A stretch of 14,045 nucleotides of DNA from Pseudobacteriovorax sp. (GCA_050293845.1 JBNKNM010000093.1:1-14045); one strand, 5' to 3'. Shown: positions 1-8,753, counted from the stretch's first letter. The notes: generated by a model not told the origin, from the letters alone. Program-made: numbers and translations.

Positions 1-1
1 T

Positions 2-1318
2 CCCCGTAATGTCATGGAAGCCATGGCAAAGGATCTATTAAGCTACGAGCAAGCGATTTGCTATGGTCGTATGGGGGTGTCAACTCAGCGTCATGGAGCC
101 TTATGCCAATGGCTGATCAATATCATTAATATTCTGTCAGGTAACTTTGATCGACCTGGTGGGGTTCTCTTTACGACTCCTGCAATAGATCTGCTGCCAT
201 TCTTGGGCAACGGACGGAAACAATTTGATAAGAGGCGTTCACGGGTGCGGCAATTACCAGATTTTGAAGGGGAATATCCTTCAGCAACCCTGGCTGATGA
301 AATCCTAACTCCCGGTGAGGGTCAGGTTAAAGCCCTGCTGACGGTTGCAGGAAATCCGCTCATTTCTTTGCCAAATGGTAATAAAATGAGGAAAGCATTG
401 CACCAGCTCGACCTCTTTGTGGCTATCGATTTTTATGTTAATGAATCAACTAACTATGCCGATTACATCCTTCCCCCAGTGAGTCCCTTGGAGCGTTCCC
501 ACTACGATTTGGCTTTTAACCATCTTGCCATCAAAAATGTGGCACGATTTTCCCTTCCTGTATTCAAAAAGAAAGCCGGAGACTATGAGGACTTTGACAT
601 TCTGTTAGAGCTAGCTTTGCGGATCGGGAAGGGGAGCTTTATGGATCGGTTTAAGAAAAATAGTAAGCTTAAGGTCTTACAAACCATCGGCGTATCGCGC
701 ACCATAGATCTTATGTTACGCCGAGGACCGCGCAAACAGACCTTGAAAGGCCTCCTCGCAAATCCCAACGGCATAGATTTTGGCTTTTTAGAATCCACTG
801 GTTCTAGCAAGCTCAAAACTTCAGATAAGAAAATTCACTTGGTACCGGAGGAGTTTGCAAGCGGGTTCAAGAATCTGATGAGCGAGCTAGGGCAGGTGCC
901 GGAGCCTAACACATTAAAGTTAATCGGCAGGCGTAATCTGCGCACCAACAATTCTTGGATGCATAACTGCAAGGGACTGCACATAAAAAAGGGAAGTTTT
1001 TACTTTCAAATCAACCCTAAAGATGCCGAAACTTTTGGTGTCCAGACTGGTGATCAAGTGAATTTAAAGAATGAAATTGGGCAAATCTCTGGACCGGTGA
1101 AGGTTTCGGATCGCATCTCTCCCGGGGTTGTTAGCGTACCTCATGGCTGGGGCCAGAACCATCGTGATAATCGTCTACAGCATGCAGCTACGCTTGCCGG
1201 AGCTAGCATCAATGACATTATTGATGATACTAGCATAGATGAAATATCGGGAAATGCCATTTTGAATGGGCAAAGAGTATCCCTTGTCGTAGAGCAGCAG
1301 GGATCTACCCCCTCATAA
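2..1318 (+). CDS. Molybdopterin-dependent oxidoreductase (DMSO reductase/MopB superfamily), C-terminal part, 5'-truncated by the window edge
   Basis: The frame is open back to position 2 (CCC CGT AAT GTC ATG), so ATG14 is probably internal. Motifs GNFDRPGG, VAGNP, AIDFYVNESTNYADYILP and a C-terminal molybdopterin dinucleotide-binding domain (LIGRRNLRTNNSWMHN...INPKDA...PGVVSVPHGWG). Confidence 0.92.
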   Translation, partial: PRNVMEAMAKDLLSYEQAICYGRMGVSTQRHGALCQWLINIINILSGNFDRPGGVLFTTPAIDLLPFLGNGRKQFDKRRSRVRQLPDFEGEYPSATLADEILTPGEGQVKALLTVAGNPLISLPNGNKMRKALHQLDLFVAIDFYVNESTNYADYILPPVSPLERSHYDLAFNHLAIKNVARFSLPVFKKKAGDYEDFDILLELALRIGKGSFMDRFKKNSKLKVLQTIGVSRTIDLMLRRGPRKQTLKGLLANPNGIDFGFLESTGSSKLKTSDKKIHLVPEEFASGFKNLMSELGQVPEPNTLKLIGRRNLRTNNSWMHNCKGLHIKKGSFYFQINPKDAETFGVQTGDQVNLKNEIGQISGPVKVSDRISPGVVSVPHGWGQNHRDNRLQHAATLAGASINDIIDDTSIDEISGNAILNGQRVSLVVEQQGSTPS

Positions 1319-1354
1319 AGATTTGAAATACTCTACAGAATTTTCCGCTTTGAT

Positions 1355-2410
1355 TTACCTATCCTGTTCTTGCTGGCGTAATTTTTTTTGGCGCCGTTTC
1401 CATATCTTACGAGCTAGCATCTGCATATTGGGTGCTTTATCGCTTTCATCAATAATATCTGTGCCAAGAAGGTTTTCAAAAATATCTTCAAGTGTCACAA
1501 TACCTTCAAAGCCTCCGTGCTCATCGATAATGGTGACGATCTGCTCACGGGTCCGCAAGAATCGTTCAAAGGTTTGGGAGATATTCAAGGTTTCAGGCAA
1601 TGCCCGAATTGGTCTCATGAGACTCTTTAACGGTTGGTTTAGATGTCCATGAACCATGGCGTCTAGCAGATCAGTTCGCAGGACGAAACCAACCATGTTC
1701 TCGGGACTATCTTCATATAAAGGGATGCGAGAAAATTTTTCAGCCTTGTACTTCTCAAAAAACTCCTGAATCGAAAGGGAAGCTTTCACGTAAAAAACAA
1801 CAGTCCTAGGTGTGGTGATGCGTTTTACAGGAACCTTATGAAAACGGAAAAGGTTCTTGATGATCAACTTCTCTTGATCCAGTAGAAGTCCCTCTTGGGA
1901 GCTAAGCTCGGCCATGGCGGCAAACTCCTCTCGATTAAATCCCTTCAAAGAGGGCCCGTTACTAAGATGACGGGTTATTAAGGCCGAGAGCTTTACGAAG
2001 GGGTAAAACACGATGACCATATTTTTTAAAGCTAGTGATGTCATAGGAGCTAGTTCACGCCAGTAGTGAGCTCCAATAGTTTTAGGAATAATTTCCGAGA
2101 ATACTAATATCAAAAGGGTGAGGACTACGGAAATTAAACCGACAAAATCACTCCCGAAGACAGATGCGGCCTGGGCACCTGAGCCAGCGGCACCGACAGT
2201 ATGGGCGATGGTATTGAGTGTTAAAATGGCGGCGAGTGGTGCGTTAATATCATCCTTTAGTTTTTTCAGGCGAAGGGCAAGCTTGCGGCGACCTTGCTCT
2301 TCCAGCAGAGTAATGTAAGATGGAGGAATACTGAGGAGCACTGCTTCTGCTATTGAGCAGAGGAAAGAGAAACCAAGGGCAAGCATCAGATAGAACAACA
2401 GCAATATCAT
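1355..2410 (-). CDS. DUF21/CNNM domain plus CBS pair protein (CorB/HlyC-like Mg2+/Co2+ transporter family)
   Basis: N-terminal SFLCSIAEAVLLS, LAAILTLNTIAHTVGA and FSEIIPKTIG DUF21 motifs. CBS pair: TPRTVV...FSRIPLY...IDEHGGFEGIVTLEDIFE. No C-terminal CorC/HlyC domain is apparent. Confidence 0.92.
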   Translation of the reverse strand: MILLLFYLMLALGFSFLCSIAEAVLLSIPPSYITLLEEQGRRKLALRLKKLKDDINAPLAAILTLNTIAHTVGAAGSGAQAASVFGSDFVGLISVVLTLLILVFSEIIPKTIGAHYWRELAPMTSLALKNMVIVFYPFVKLSALITRHLSNGPSLKGFNREEFAAMAELSSQEGLLLDQEKLIIKNLFRFHKVPVKRITTPRTVVFYVKASLSIQEFFEKYKAEKFSRIPLYEDSPENMVGFVLRTDLLDAMVHGHLNQPLKSLMRPIRALPETLNISQTFERFLRTREQIVTIIDEHGGFEGIVTLEDIFENLLGTDIIDESDKAPNMQMLARKIWKRRQKKLRQQEQDR

Positions 2411-2631
2411 TTTTTTAAGAATCCAGTTTTAAAGCAGAAAGATAGACCACAGTATATGGATATCATTTAGCCTTTCTGGGATCAATTGCTAACAACAGCC
2501 CTGTGTTGCCCATGTTTTCATTAGTTTCTTAGCCAGTTATGAGGATGTCTTTCGATATTATAGGGCTGCATTTGAAGGCCTCGGTTTTAACAAAGTGTAT
2601 TCGCTCCATTTTATAGGACTATAAGGCTTTC

Positions 2632-3816
2632 ATGAGCAACCCTTTGTCAGTTTGGAAATATTCATTAGCTTACGCATTAATGCTTTCAGGTAGTTCGCTA
2701 TTCGTTCTTGTTGCAGGGATCATCGGCGCCGATATGGCACCAAGAGGTGAACTAGCAACACTTCCTATAGCGCTTATGATTGTAGGATTAGCTTCCGCTA
2801 CAATTCCAACGGCTAAGCTCATGGGTCTATTTAGCCGTAAACCGGTTTTCATAGGCAGTGGTGTGATCTCCGTAGCTGCGGCTTTGTTGGCCGCCTTTTC
2901 ATTGGAACAAGAAAATTTCTACATGTTTTGTATTGCGGCTCTACTAGTGGGAGGCGCATCAGCAGCTGTTCAACAGTATCGATTCGCGGCTATTGAAAGC
3001 GTACAATCACCTGAATTAGTAGCAAAAGCGGCTAGTTCTGTCCTTGTTGGTGGAATCTTAGCTGCCTGGATCGGGCCTGAGTTATCGACCCTTGGAAAAA
3101 ATCTTCTCCATCAAGATTTTTCGGGATCATTCTTGGTTCTTAGTTTGGTATATGTCTGTGGTTTGGTTGTATTGGCTTTCACTCGGAATCCAGGGGGACT
3201 ATCTTTTTCCTCTGAACAAGATCAATTGATGCGACCCTGGAATATTCTTTTAAAACAGAATAATCTACTAATAGCAATGCTAGTTGCTGTGGTGGCCTAT
3301 GGTGTCATGAGTTTTATTATGACAGCAACACCACTGAGTATGCATAATCATTTCCATCATAGTCTTGGCGAAACTAAGCTAGTTATCCAATCTCATGTAG
3401 CTGCCATGTATTTGCCATCATTGATTTCAGGATTCTTGATCGCGCGATTGGGATACTTTAAAATGATGGTGCTTGGATTTTCCGCATTTTTAGTTTGTTT
3501 AATTATCGCTTATGAAAATCCTTCTTTTTGGGGATTTTGGCTAGCGCTGGTTCTCCTAGGAGTTGGCTGGAATTTTCTATATATCTCGGCTACAGCACTG
3601 CTAACTACTGCTTATTATCCAAGTGAGCGATTTCGCGTGCAAGGGGCAAACGATATGCTTGTCTTTACTATGCAGGCCATTGCTTCTTTAAGTTCAGGAT
3701 GGTTGCTTTTTAGATTTGATTGGCAGGGAATTCTGGTATTAAGCTTGCTTCCCATTATGGTCGCTGTCGTGATCATAGTTCGCATTAGAGATAGTGCCCG
3801 TTGCCGAGCCAAATAA
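2632..3816 (+). CDS. MFS transporter
   Basis: 394 aa with about 12 hydrophobic segments. Family-typical segments QQYRFAAIE, MTATPLSM, VIQSHVAAMYLPS and LGVGWNF. Confidence 0.88.
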   Translation: MSNPLSVWKYSLAYALMLSGSSLFVLVAGIIGADMAPRGELATLPIALMIVGLASATIPTAKLMGLFSRKPVFIGSGVISVAAALLAAFSLEQENFYMFCIAALLVGGASAAVQQYRFAAIESVQSPELVAKAASSVLVGGILAAWIGPELSTLGKNLLHQDFSGSFLVLSLVYVCGLVVLAFTRNPGGLSFSSEQDQLMRPWNILLKQNNLLIAMLVAVVAYGVMSFIMTATPLSMHNHFHHSLGETKLVIQSHVAAMYLPSLISGFLIARLGYFKMMVLGFSAFLVCLIIAYENPSFWGFWLALVLLGVGWNFLYISATALLTTAYYPSERFRVQGANDMLVFTMQAIASLSSGWLLFRFDWQGILVLSLLPIMVAVVIIVRIRDSARCRAK

Positions 3817-3925
3817 ATTTTTCTGTATATATCCGATAAGCTCTGCAAGTCCCAAGTAGCGATCTTGAGTTTTCGGGTCGGTTGGTTATGGGAGTGTCCG
3901 CAAATCCACTCTAAAAATACAAGAT

Positions 3926-3952
3926 GGGAAGGAGACTCTCCTTCCCTTTCTT
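3926..3952. terminator. Probable intrinsic terminator between the convergent MFS and MBL genes, possibly bidirectional
   Basis: Perfect inverted repeat GGGAAGGAGA-C-TCTCCTTCCC (3926-3946), followed by TTTCTT on the + strand. It lies 4 nt past the MBL stop on the - strand. Confidence 0.6.
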
Positions 3953-4844
3953 ACTTCTTAGTTAAGCTGCTATGCAGAAGAGAAATATATACATCTGGCT
4001 TAATAAATCCCTTCCCCCAACCTTCATCAAAAGACTTGTTCGGCTGCGCTTTGATAATTTCATCAAGGCTTTTATTGCTTTTAAGCATGGACGCAATATT
4101 ATCCCGAGATTTCTTAAGCATCTCTAAATAGCTTATCAACTCTTTCTTATGCGAAAGGGCTCCATGGCCTGGTATGATTTTAGTTTTATTATTAGCGATT
4201 GTCAGAGCTTTTTCAATAGCCTTAATGAGGCCGTTCACTGACCCTCCCGAGCTGACATCGATAAAGGGATAATTCCCGTTAAAGTAGGTGTCACCCATGT
4301 GCAGAATGTTGGATTTTTTGAAGTAAACAATGGAATCCCCGTCTGTATGAGCATGCTCTACATGGAATATTTCTACATCTTCCCCGTTCAGATAGAAGTT
4401 GATTTCGGAATCAAAAGTAATCACAGGTAGTGCATCAGTGGGCGATGCGGGAACTTTCTTTTGGAAAAGTCCAATAAACTGCTCAGTGCTCATGCGCTTG
4501 CGGACATTCTCATGAGCGACAATCACAGACCCTTTCTTGGCCATTTCTTCATTTCCACCTGTATGGTCTTCATGCCAGTGGGTATTAAAGACATACTTAA
4601 CCGGCTGCTTTGTGAGAGATTTTATGGCTTCAGAGATTTTTTTACTCATGGGAGCATATTGATCATCGATTACAAAGACACCATCTGGTCCGTAGGAAAC
4701 TCCTAGGTTTCCCCCAGCACCTTTTAGCATGGCGATATTTGAGCTAACTTTTTCGACTTCAATTTTTACCTTGCTGAAATCCTGGCCCTGCCCCCACGCA
4801 ATGGAAGACATTAAAAGCGTCGCAGCAACTCCTCGAACAAACAT
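3951..4844 (-). CDS. Secreted MBL-fold metallo-hydrolase (cyclase-like subfamily)
   Basis: HxHxDH motif (NTHWHEDHTGGN), AHTDGD, HMGD and IIPGHG. Signal peptide ending AWG. RBS GGAGGAG upstream. Confidence 0.92.
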   Translation of the reverse strand: MFVRGVAATLLMSSIAWGQGQDFSKVKIEVEKVSSNIAMLKGAGGNLGVSYGPDGVFVIDDQYAPMSKKISEAIKSLTKQPVKYVFNTHWHEDHTGGNEEMAKKGSVIVAHENVRKRMSTEQFIGLFQKKVPASPTDALPVITFDSEINFYLNGEDVEIFHVEHAHTDGDSIVYFKKSNILHMGDTYFNGNYPFIDVSSGGSVNGLIKAIEKALTIANNKTKIIPGHGALSHKKELISYLEMLKKSRDNIASMLKSNKSLDEIIKAQPNKSFDEGWGKGFIKPDVYISLLHSSLTKK

Positions 4845-5236
4845 ATTTTCTCCTCCGTTTTTGGAAAGCTGCCTAAAAGTGACACCCTAGCAATATGGTA
4901 TAGGATAACCTTCCCACATACCATTACCCCTTTAACTTTCCATTAGGTTATGAATGGCAAAGCTAATGGCATCCTACCCGATAGTCAACTTTTAATGCCT
5001 AGGATTCTTTTAGGATGAATCCATCGAAGGTGATAAGACGGAATCCCAGGGGGAGGAAGCGTATAAGGGTGGCTGATATTTGGTACAACAAACTGAAAGT
5101 AGATCAAGTTAACTACAAAAGTATAGAAATCCGCAGGCAATAATAAGTGCTACAGCAAATAGGGATTGCTGCGAGAGAAGCCCTAGCTGGGCTCACCTAC
5201 TTTGTCAGATTCCGGCTACAAGTTTTATAGCCTGAA

Positions 5237-5467
5237 CTATGATTGTGTTTCAGGAGCAGGAAGCCTTTTACCATGTTCCCACCATTCTTTTTGTCCGCTT
5301 GCATAAGTCACAGCTGGTCCGCCGACTCTATGGCGTACTCCATTAAAAAACCAGCATTCAGCAAATCCTGCTTCAATGGAAGCTGGTCCATCTGTGCGGT
5401 GTAATATTTTATTAGAATCCAGTTCGTTAGAGCTGGTTCCATCTTTGTAATAGTAGATATCGTCCAT
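5237..5467 (-). CDS. Small hypothetical protein with two HRxxGPA...W..xG repeats
   Basis: AAGGA RBS 6 nt before the ATG. Internal repeat LHRTDGPASIEAGFAECWFFNG / RHRVGGPAVTYASGQKEWWEHG. Confidence 0.8.
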   Translation of the reverse strand: MDDIYYYKDGTSSNELDSNKILHRTDGPASIEAGFAECWFFNGVRHRVGGPAVTYASGQKEWWEHGKRLPAPETQS

Positions 5468-5906
5468 GTTGTTCCTTTTTTAATACTACAGTGTTAGTCA
5501 AAGATGTCATGCAGATATATCTTAGGTGAAGGAAGTAAGTAAATACTCAGAGGGAAAAATACAACCCTAAATATTTGAAGAGGATTATGAATACTGACTT
5601 TTCTAACATATAAATAACCTAGATAAACTAATTAATTTGGGGTGACTAAAACTTCAGGGTCCATTACTTTGGATAGGATATTAATCTCCATGAGCTTCAA
5701 GACTAATGAAAACAAAGTGACAAAAATCCGCAAGTTTTTATTAGTATTTTTTTTATTCTAGTCATCTTCAGTATTGAATATTGAAGATAATTTTGATGCT
5801 TACACAATGGCATGGGGGGGTGTCAGATTTGGAATTTAAATTAGGCTAGTGGCTTTATGTCACACTTCATCTATTTTTTTGCTTAGTTTAGAGGGGAGGC
5901 AAAATA

Positions 5907-6707
5907 ATGGCAAGGTATGGGATAGATTCTCAATTATTTCGTAACATCTTACTGATCTTGGTTTTGAGCATAAGTCATCAATTGTTAGGAGCTAGCTCTG
6001 GGTATGCAACACGATATTGGGATTGCTGTAAACCCCACTGTGGATGGACAGCAAACACTGATGCAAGACCTGTTAGTACCTGTGATATCAATAATCAAAG
6101 TAATCATGAGAACTTTGATATTCCATCTAGCTGTGATGGTGGGCAAGGATTTACTTGCTACAACATGGCTCCCTGGGCAGTTAGTTCAGAACTTTCCTAT
6201 GGTTTTGCAGCAGTGCCGGCAACAGGTAATATTTGTGGACTCTGCTATGAATTGACTTTTACAGGACAGGGGCATTATGGCAATGACCCTGGGTCGCAGC
6301 GGCTGCTCAATAAGAAGATGATTATCCAGGCTACAAACATTGGCTGGGACGTCAATGGTGGACAGTTTGATCTACTAATTCCTGGGGGAGGTGTAGGAGC
6401 TTTCAATGGCTGTAGTCGTCAGTGGCAGGTATCGGAAAGTGATCTTGGCGAAAAATATGGGGGATTCCTGGCAGCATGCAAAAAGAAGCTAGGGTATAAT
6501 GCTGAATTATCTGCATATAAAAATTGCGTGCAGAATTTTTGCGAAAAAGTTTTTACGAAAACCGGTAGAGAAGACCTCATGAATGGCTGTATGTGGTTTG
6601 TCAATTGGTTTGAAGCGGCTGACAACCCCAATCTAAGCTACCGACCTGTTTCATGCCCGCAAGAACTTATCGATATTTCGCGCATGGAAGGAAGGTTCGT
6701 TCCCTAA
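5907..6707 (+). CDS. Glycoside hydrolase family 45 endoglucanase, secreted, catalytic domain only
   Basis: GH45 signature ATRYWDCCKPHC, a second catalytic Asp in QATNIGWDVNGGQFDLLIPGGGVG, and WFEAADNP. Cys-rich, with an N-terminal signal peptide and strong RBS GAGGGGAGG. Confidence 0.95.
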   Translation: MARYGIDSQLFRNILLILVLSISHQLLGASSGYATRYWDCCKPHCGWTANTDARPVSTCDINNQSNHENFDIPSSCDGGQGFTCYNMAPWAVSSELSYGFAAVPATGNICGLCYELTFTGQGHYGNDPGSQRLLNKKMIIQATNIGWDVNGGQFDLLIPGGGVGAFNGCSRQWQVSESDLGEKYGGFLAACKKKLGYNAELSAYKNCVQNFCEKVFTKTGREDLMNGCMWFVNWFEAADNPNLSYRPVSCPQELIDISRMEGRFVP

Positions 6708-6772
6708 ATATTTTCCTAGGGATGGCTGTTGCCTTTTTTAAAGTAGGCACTTAAGTATATGTGCAAAAAGCG

Positions 6773-6860
6773 AGTTTATTTTCTCAGTTTAAGAGCAGCA
6801 TAAATATACAAAAATATTTGTGTATTTATGCTATAGTGGAAATTATTGAGAAAATTAACT
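6773..6860. repeat. 88-bp nested imperfect inverted repeat
   Basis: Inner arms 6797-6812 AGCATAAATATACAAA and 6817-6832 TTTGTGTATTTATGCT (15 WC pairs + 1 G-T, 4-nt loop). Outer arms 6773-6788 AGTTTATTTTCTCAGT and 6845-6860 ATTGAGAAAATTAACT (14 WC pairs + 1 G-T + 1 mismatch). Confidence 0.85.
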
Positions 6861-7361
6861 ATAAATATAAGTTGATTACATAAATTATGAGTATACAGAA
6901 ATAAGCATCATTTGCATTAGAAATCACATGGTATGTATACAAAAATAGTTCCGATCTAAAGTTTTTTGGTGAGACGCCGATATAGTACCAGGAATTTTGG
7001 AGAAATTTACAAGTTTGCTGTTTCTTTATAAAAAATAATCTTGTTATTATTAGAGGTTAAAAGTAACTCAGCACAACTTCTTCATATTCAAAATTTACCA
7101 GGATATTTGATTTCTGTATGATGGACTGCTTTCCCTATATCGTTCACTCGTTTATAGCACAGGATCATATTTTCTGCTCTGAAATCTTGTAGCTTGGCAT
7201 ATCAATTATCATAGTCCTTAAAGGACCTTAGTTACTAGTTACAGAAGTTAGTCAAAAAACTCTTCTCTTAAGCTAGTGTGCAAGGTTGTTAATAGATATC
7301 GCGTGTCGAGAATAAAAGGGTCTGATTATTTGAGAACCATTAAAGGGGGCGGGTATAACTT

Positions 7362-8720
7362 ATGAATATCAGATGGGGATGGAAAAGTTTATTTCTCATG
7401 ATGCTGCTAGGTTGCAGTATCCATGTTGGTAATCCTAAAGAGTTTGAAGGGGGAAACACAAAGGTTTCACCTCAGCTTTCCTTGATTCTTTCAGGTTCTG
7501 GATTCGAAACAGAAGAAGGGCTACAGCTTGTTCTATCAAAGATAAGGCTAAGATCTTCCCACAGTATCAATGATGATATTGAATTTAGTGGTACGCCTCA
7601 TTTTGAGACTAGCGTTACAAAAGCTAATAAATGGACGAGCTATCTCATTCAAAAGGAGGCTCTCGCTGAGGGTCACTATAGTGAAATTGAGATGATATTT
7701 AAGGATGCTCATGCTGGGTCTTATATCACAAGCGAGCAAACGTATCCAGTGAATGTAGAAGGTAATCAAAAAATATTTAGTATAGCAGCCGATATTGAAA
7801 CCCAGAAGGGGGTCCATACCTCACTTTACATATCCTTTGATAAGAATGAAGTTCTCATACCACAAGGAGGAGAAGATTCTGTTACCAGTTATGCCCTTAA
7901 AAACAACTTTGTAACTAGTGAAGTCAAGTTTGATGAACTTCTTGATGATGAAGAGGAGAAGTCCTTTGTCGATGACGTTTCTTCAACAGCAGAATTTCCT
8001 CTTGAAACTGGTCGTCTCCTTCATTACGATGGTACCAATTTGAATTCTATTTTTACCGACGAGGGCTGCACTATTCCCGCTGTTAATGATGGAGACACTG
8101 TCGCTTGTTGGAGAGAATTGACAGGCAATATGTTTGGATTGGTCCAAGATGATCGGAATAGAAGAGCTACACTGCGCTTAGCTGATATAGGGTCTTTACC
8201 TACCATTGAATTTGATGGTACAGATGATCAATACTATGCTGGCGTAAAAGGCATATTCTTCAGTTCACATTCCATTGTCTTTGTTGGAAGGTTTCTGGAT
8301 ACCAGGGATCAGGTTTTCTTTAGCATTGGCAACCTTGGAGAAAATAGAAGTACCGCAGCTGGTATTGGAACAGGCAATATAGGTTTCTCTTTTGACGGTA
8401 GCAATAATATTTATTACTCTCCCATGCCTATAGGAAAACCAACGATTTTGATATTTACCTATAATGGAACAGACACGGCAAACATGTCTCGCAAGGCTTA
8501 CGTGAATGGGGTAGAACAATCCGTTTCCTCAACATTAGGAAACGGTGGATTTCTTAATATTCCTGATGACTCGGTATTTAACTTAGGTAACTGGAATCCT
8601 ATCGAGGACTTCCGCTTCAATGGGCATTTATCAGAATTTATTCTTTATAACCGTAGTTTTTCCAGTGAGGAGATTGAAGATATAAGCCTTTACCTTAAAA
8701 ATAAGTATCAGATTCCTTAG
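7362..8720 (+). CDS. Predicted lipoprotein with an uncharacterised N-terminal domain (DUF4382-like) and a C-terminal LamG/concanavalin A-like domain
   Basis: Lipobox LLGC (Cys18) and an acidic linker DELLDDEEEKSFVDD. The C-terminal region has the LamG-like pattern VACWRELTGN...IEFDGTDD...YVNG...FNGHLSEFILYNRSFSSEEI...YLKNKY. The DUF4382 resemblance (EGHYSEIEM) is weak. Confidence 0.7.
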   Translation: MNIRWGWKSLFLMMLLGCSIHVGNPKEFEGGNTKVSPQLSLILSGSGFETEEGLQLVLSKIRLRSSHSINDDIEFSGTPHFETSVTKANKWTSYLIQKEALAEGHYSEIEMIFKDAHAGSYITSEQTYPVNVEGNQKIFSIAADIETQKGVHTSLYISFDKNEVLIPQGGEDSVTSYALKNNFVTSEVKFDELLDDEEEKSFVDDVSSTAEFPLETGRLLHYDGTNLNSIFTDEGCTIPAVNDGDTVACWRELTGNMFGLVQDDRNRRATLRLADIGSLPTIEFDGTDDQYYAGVKGIFFSSHSIVFVGRFLDTRDQVFFSIGNLGENRSTAAGIGTGNIGFSFDGSNNIYYSPMPIGKPTILIFTYNGTDTANMSRKAYVNGVEQSVSSTLGNGGFLNIPDDSVFNLGNWNPIEDFRFNGHLSEFILYNRSFSSEEIEDISLYLKNKYQIP

Positions 8721-8730
8721 CCGATCAAGG

Positions 8731-8753
8731 AAAAGGGGCAACTGTAATGCCCC
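8731..8753 (-). terminator. Putative intrinsic terminator between the convergent lipoprotein and EEP genes
   Basis: GGGGCA-ACTGTAA-TGCCCC hairpin (8735-8753) with AAAA on its left, which gives a U-tract on the - strand. It also lies 14 nt after the lipoprotein stop, so it may act on both strands. Confidence 0.5.

Noticed and set aside
3951..4844. MBL-fold gene as an antibiotic-resistance metallo-beta-lactamase
   Set aside because: Its motifs fit the widespread cyclase-like MBL hydrolases and there is no mobile context; activity cannot be inferred from the fold.
4950..5143. Two short coupled + strand ORFs (22 aa MNGKAN... and 42 aa MNPSKV...) overlapping at ATGA
   Set aside because: No clear RBS at the starts and no recognisable motif; consistent with chance in a 390-bp spacer.
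5620..5680. Loose resemblance of GATAAAC...GACTAAAACTTCAGGGTCC to a c-di-GMP-I (GEMM) riboswitch upstream of GH45
   Set aside because: It lacks the GNRA-capped P2 stem and the GACGCAAA core. An Infernal search with RF01051 would be needed, and I expect no hit.
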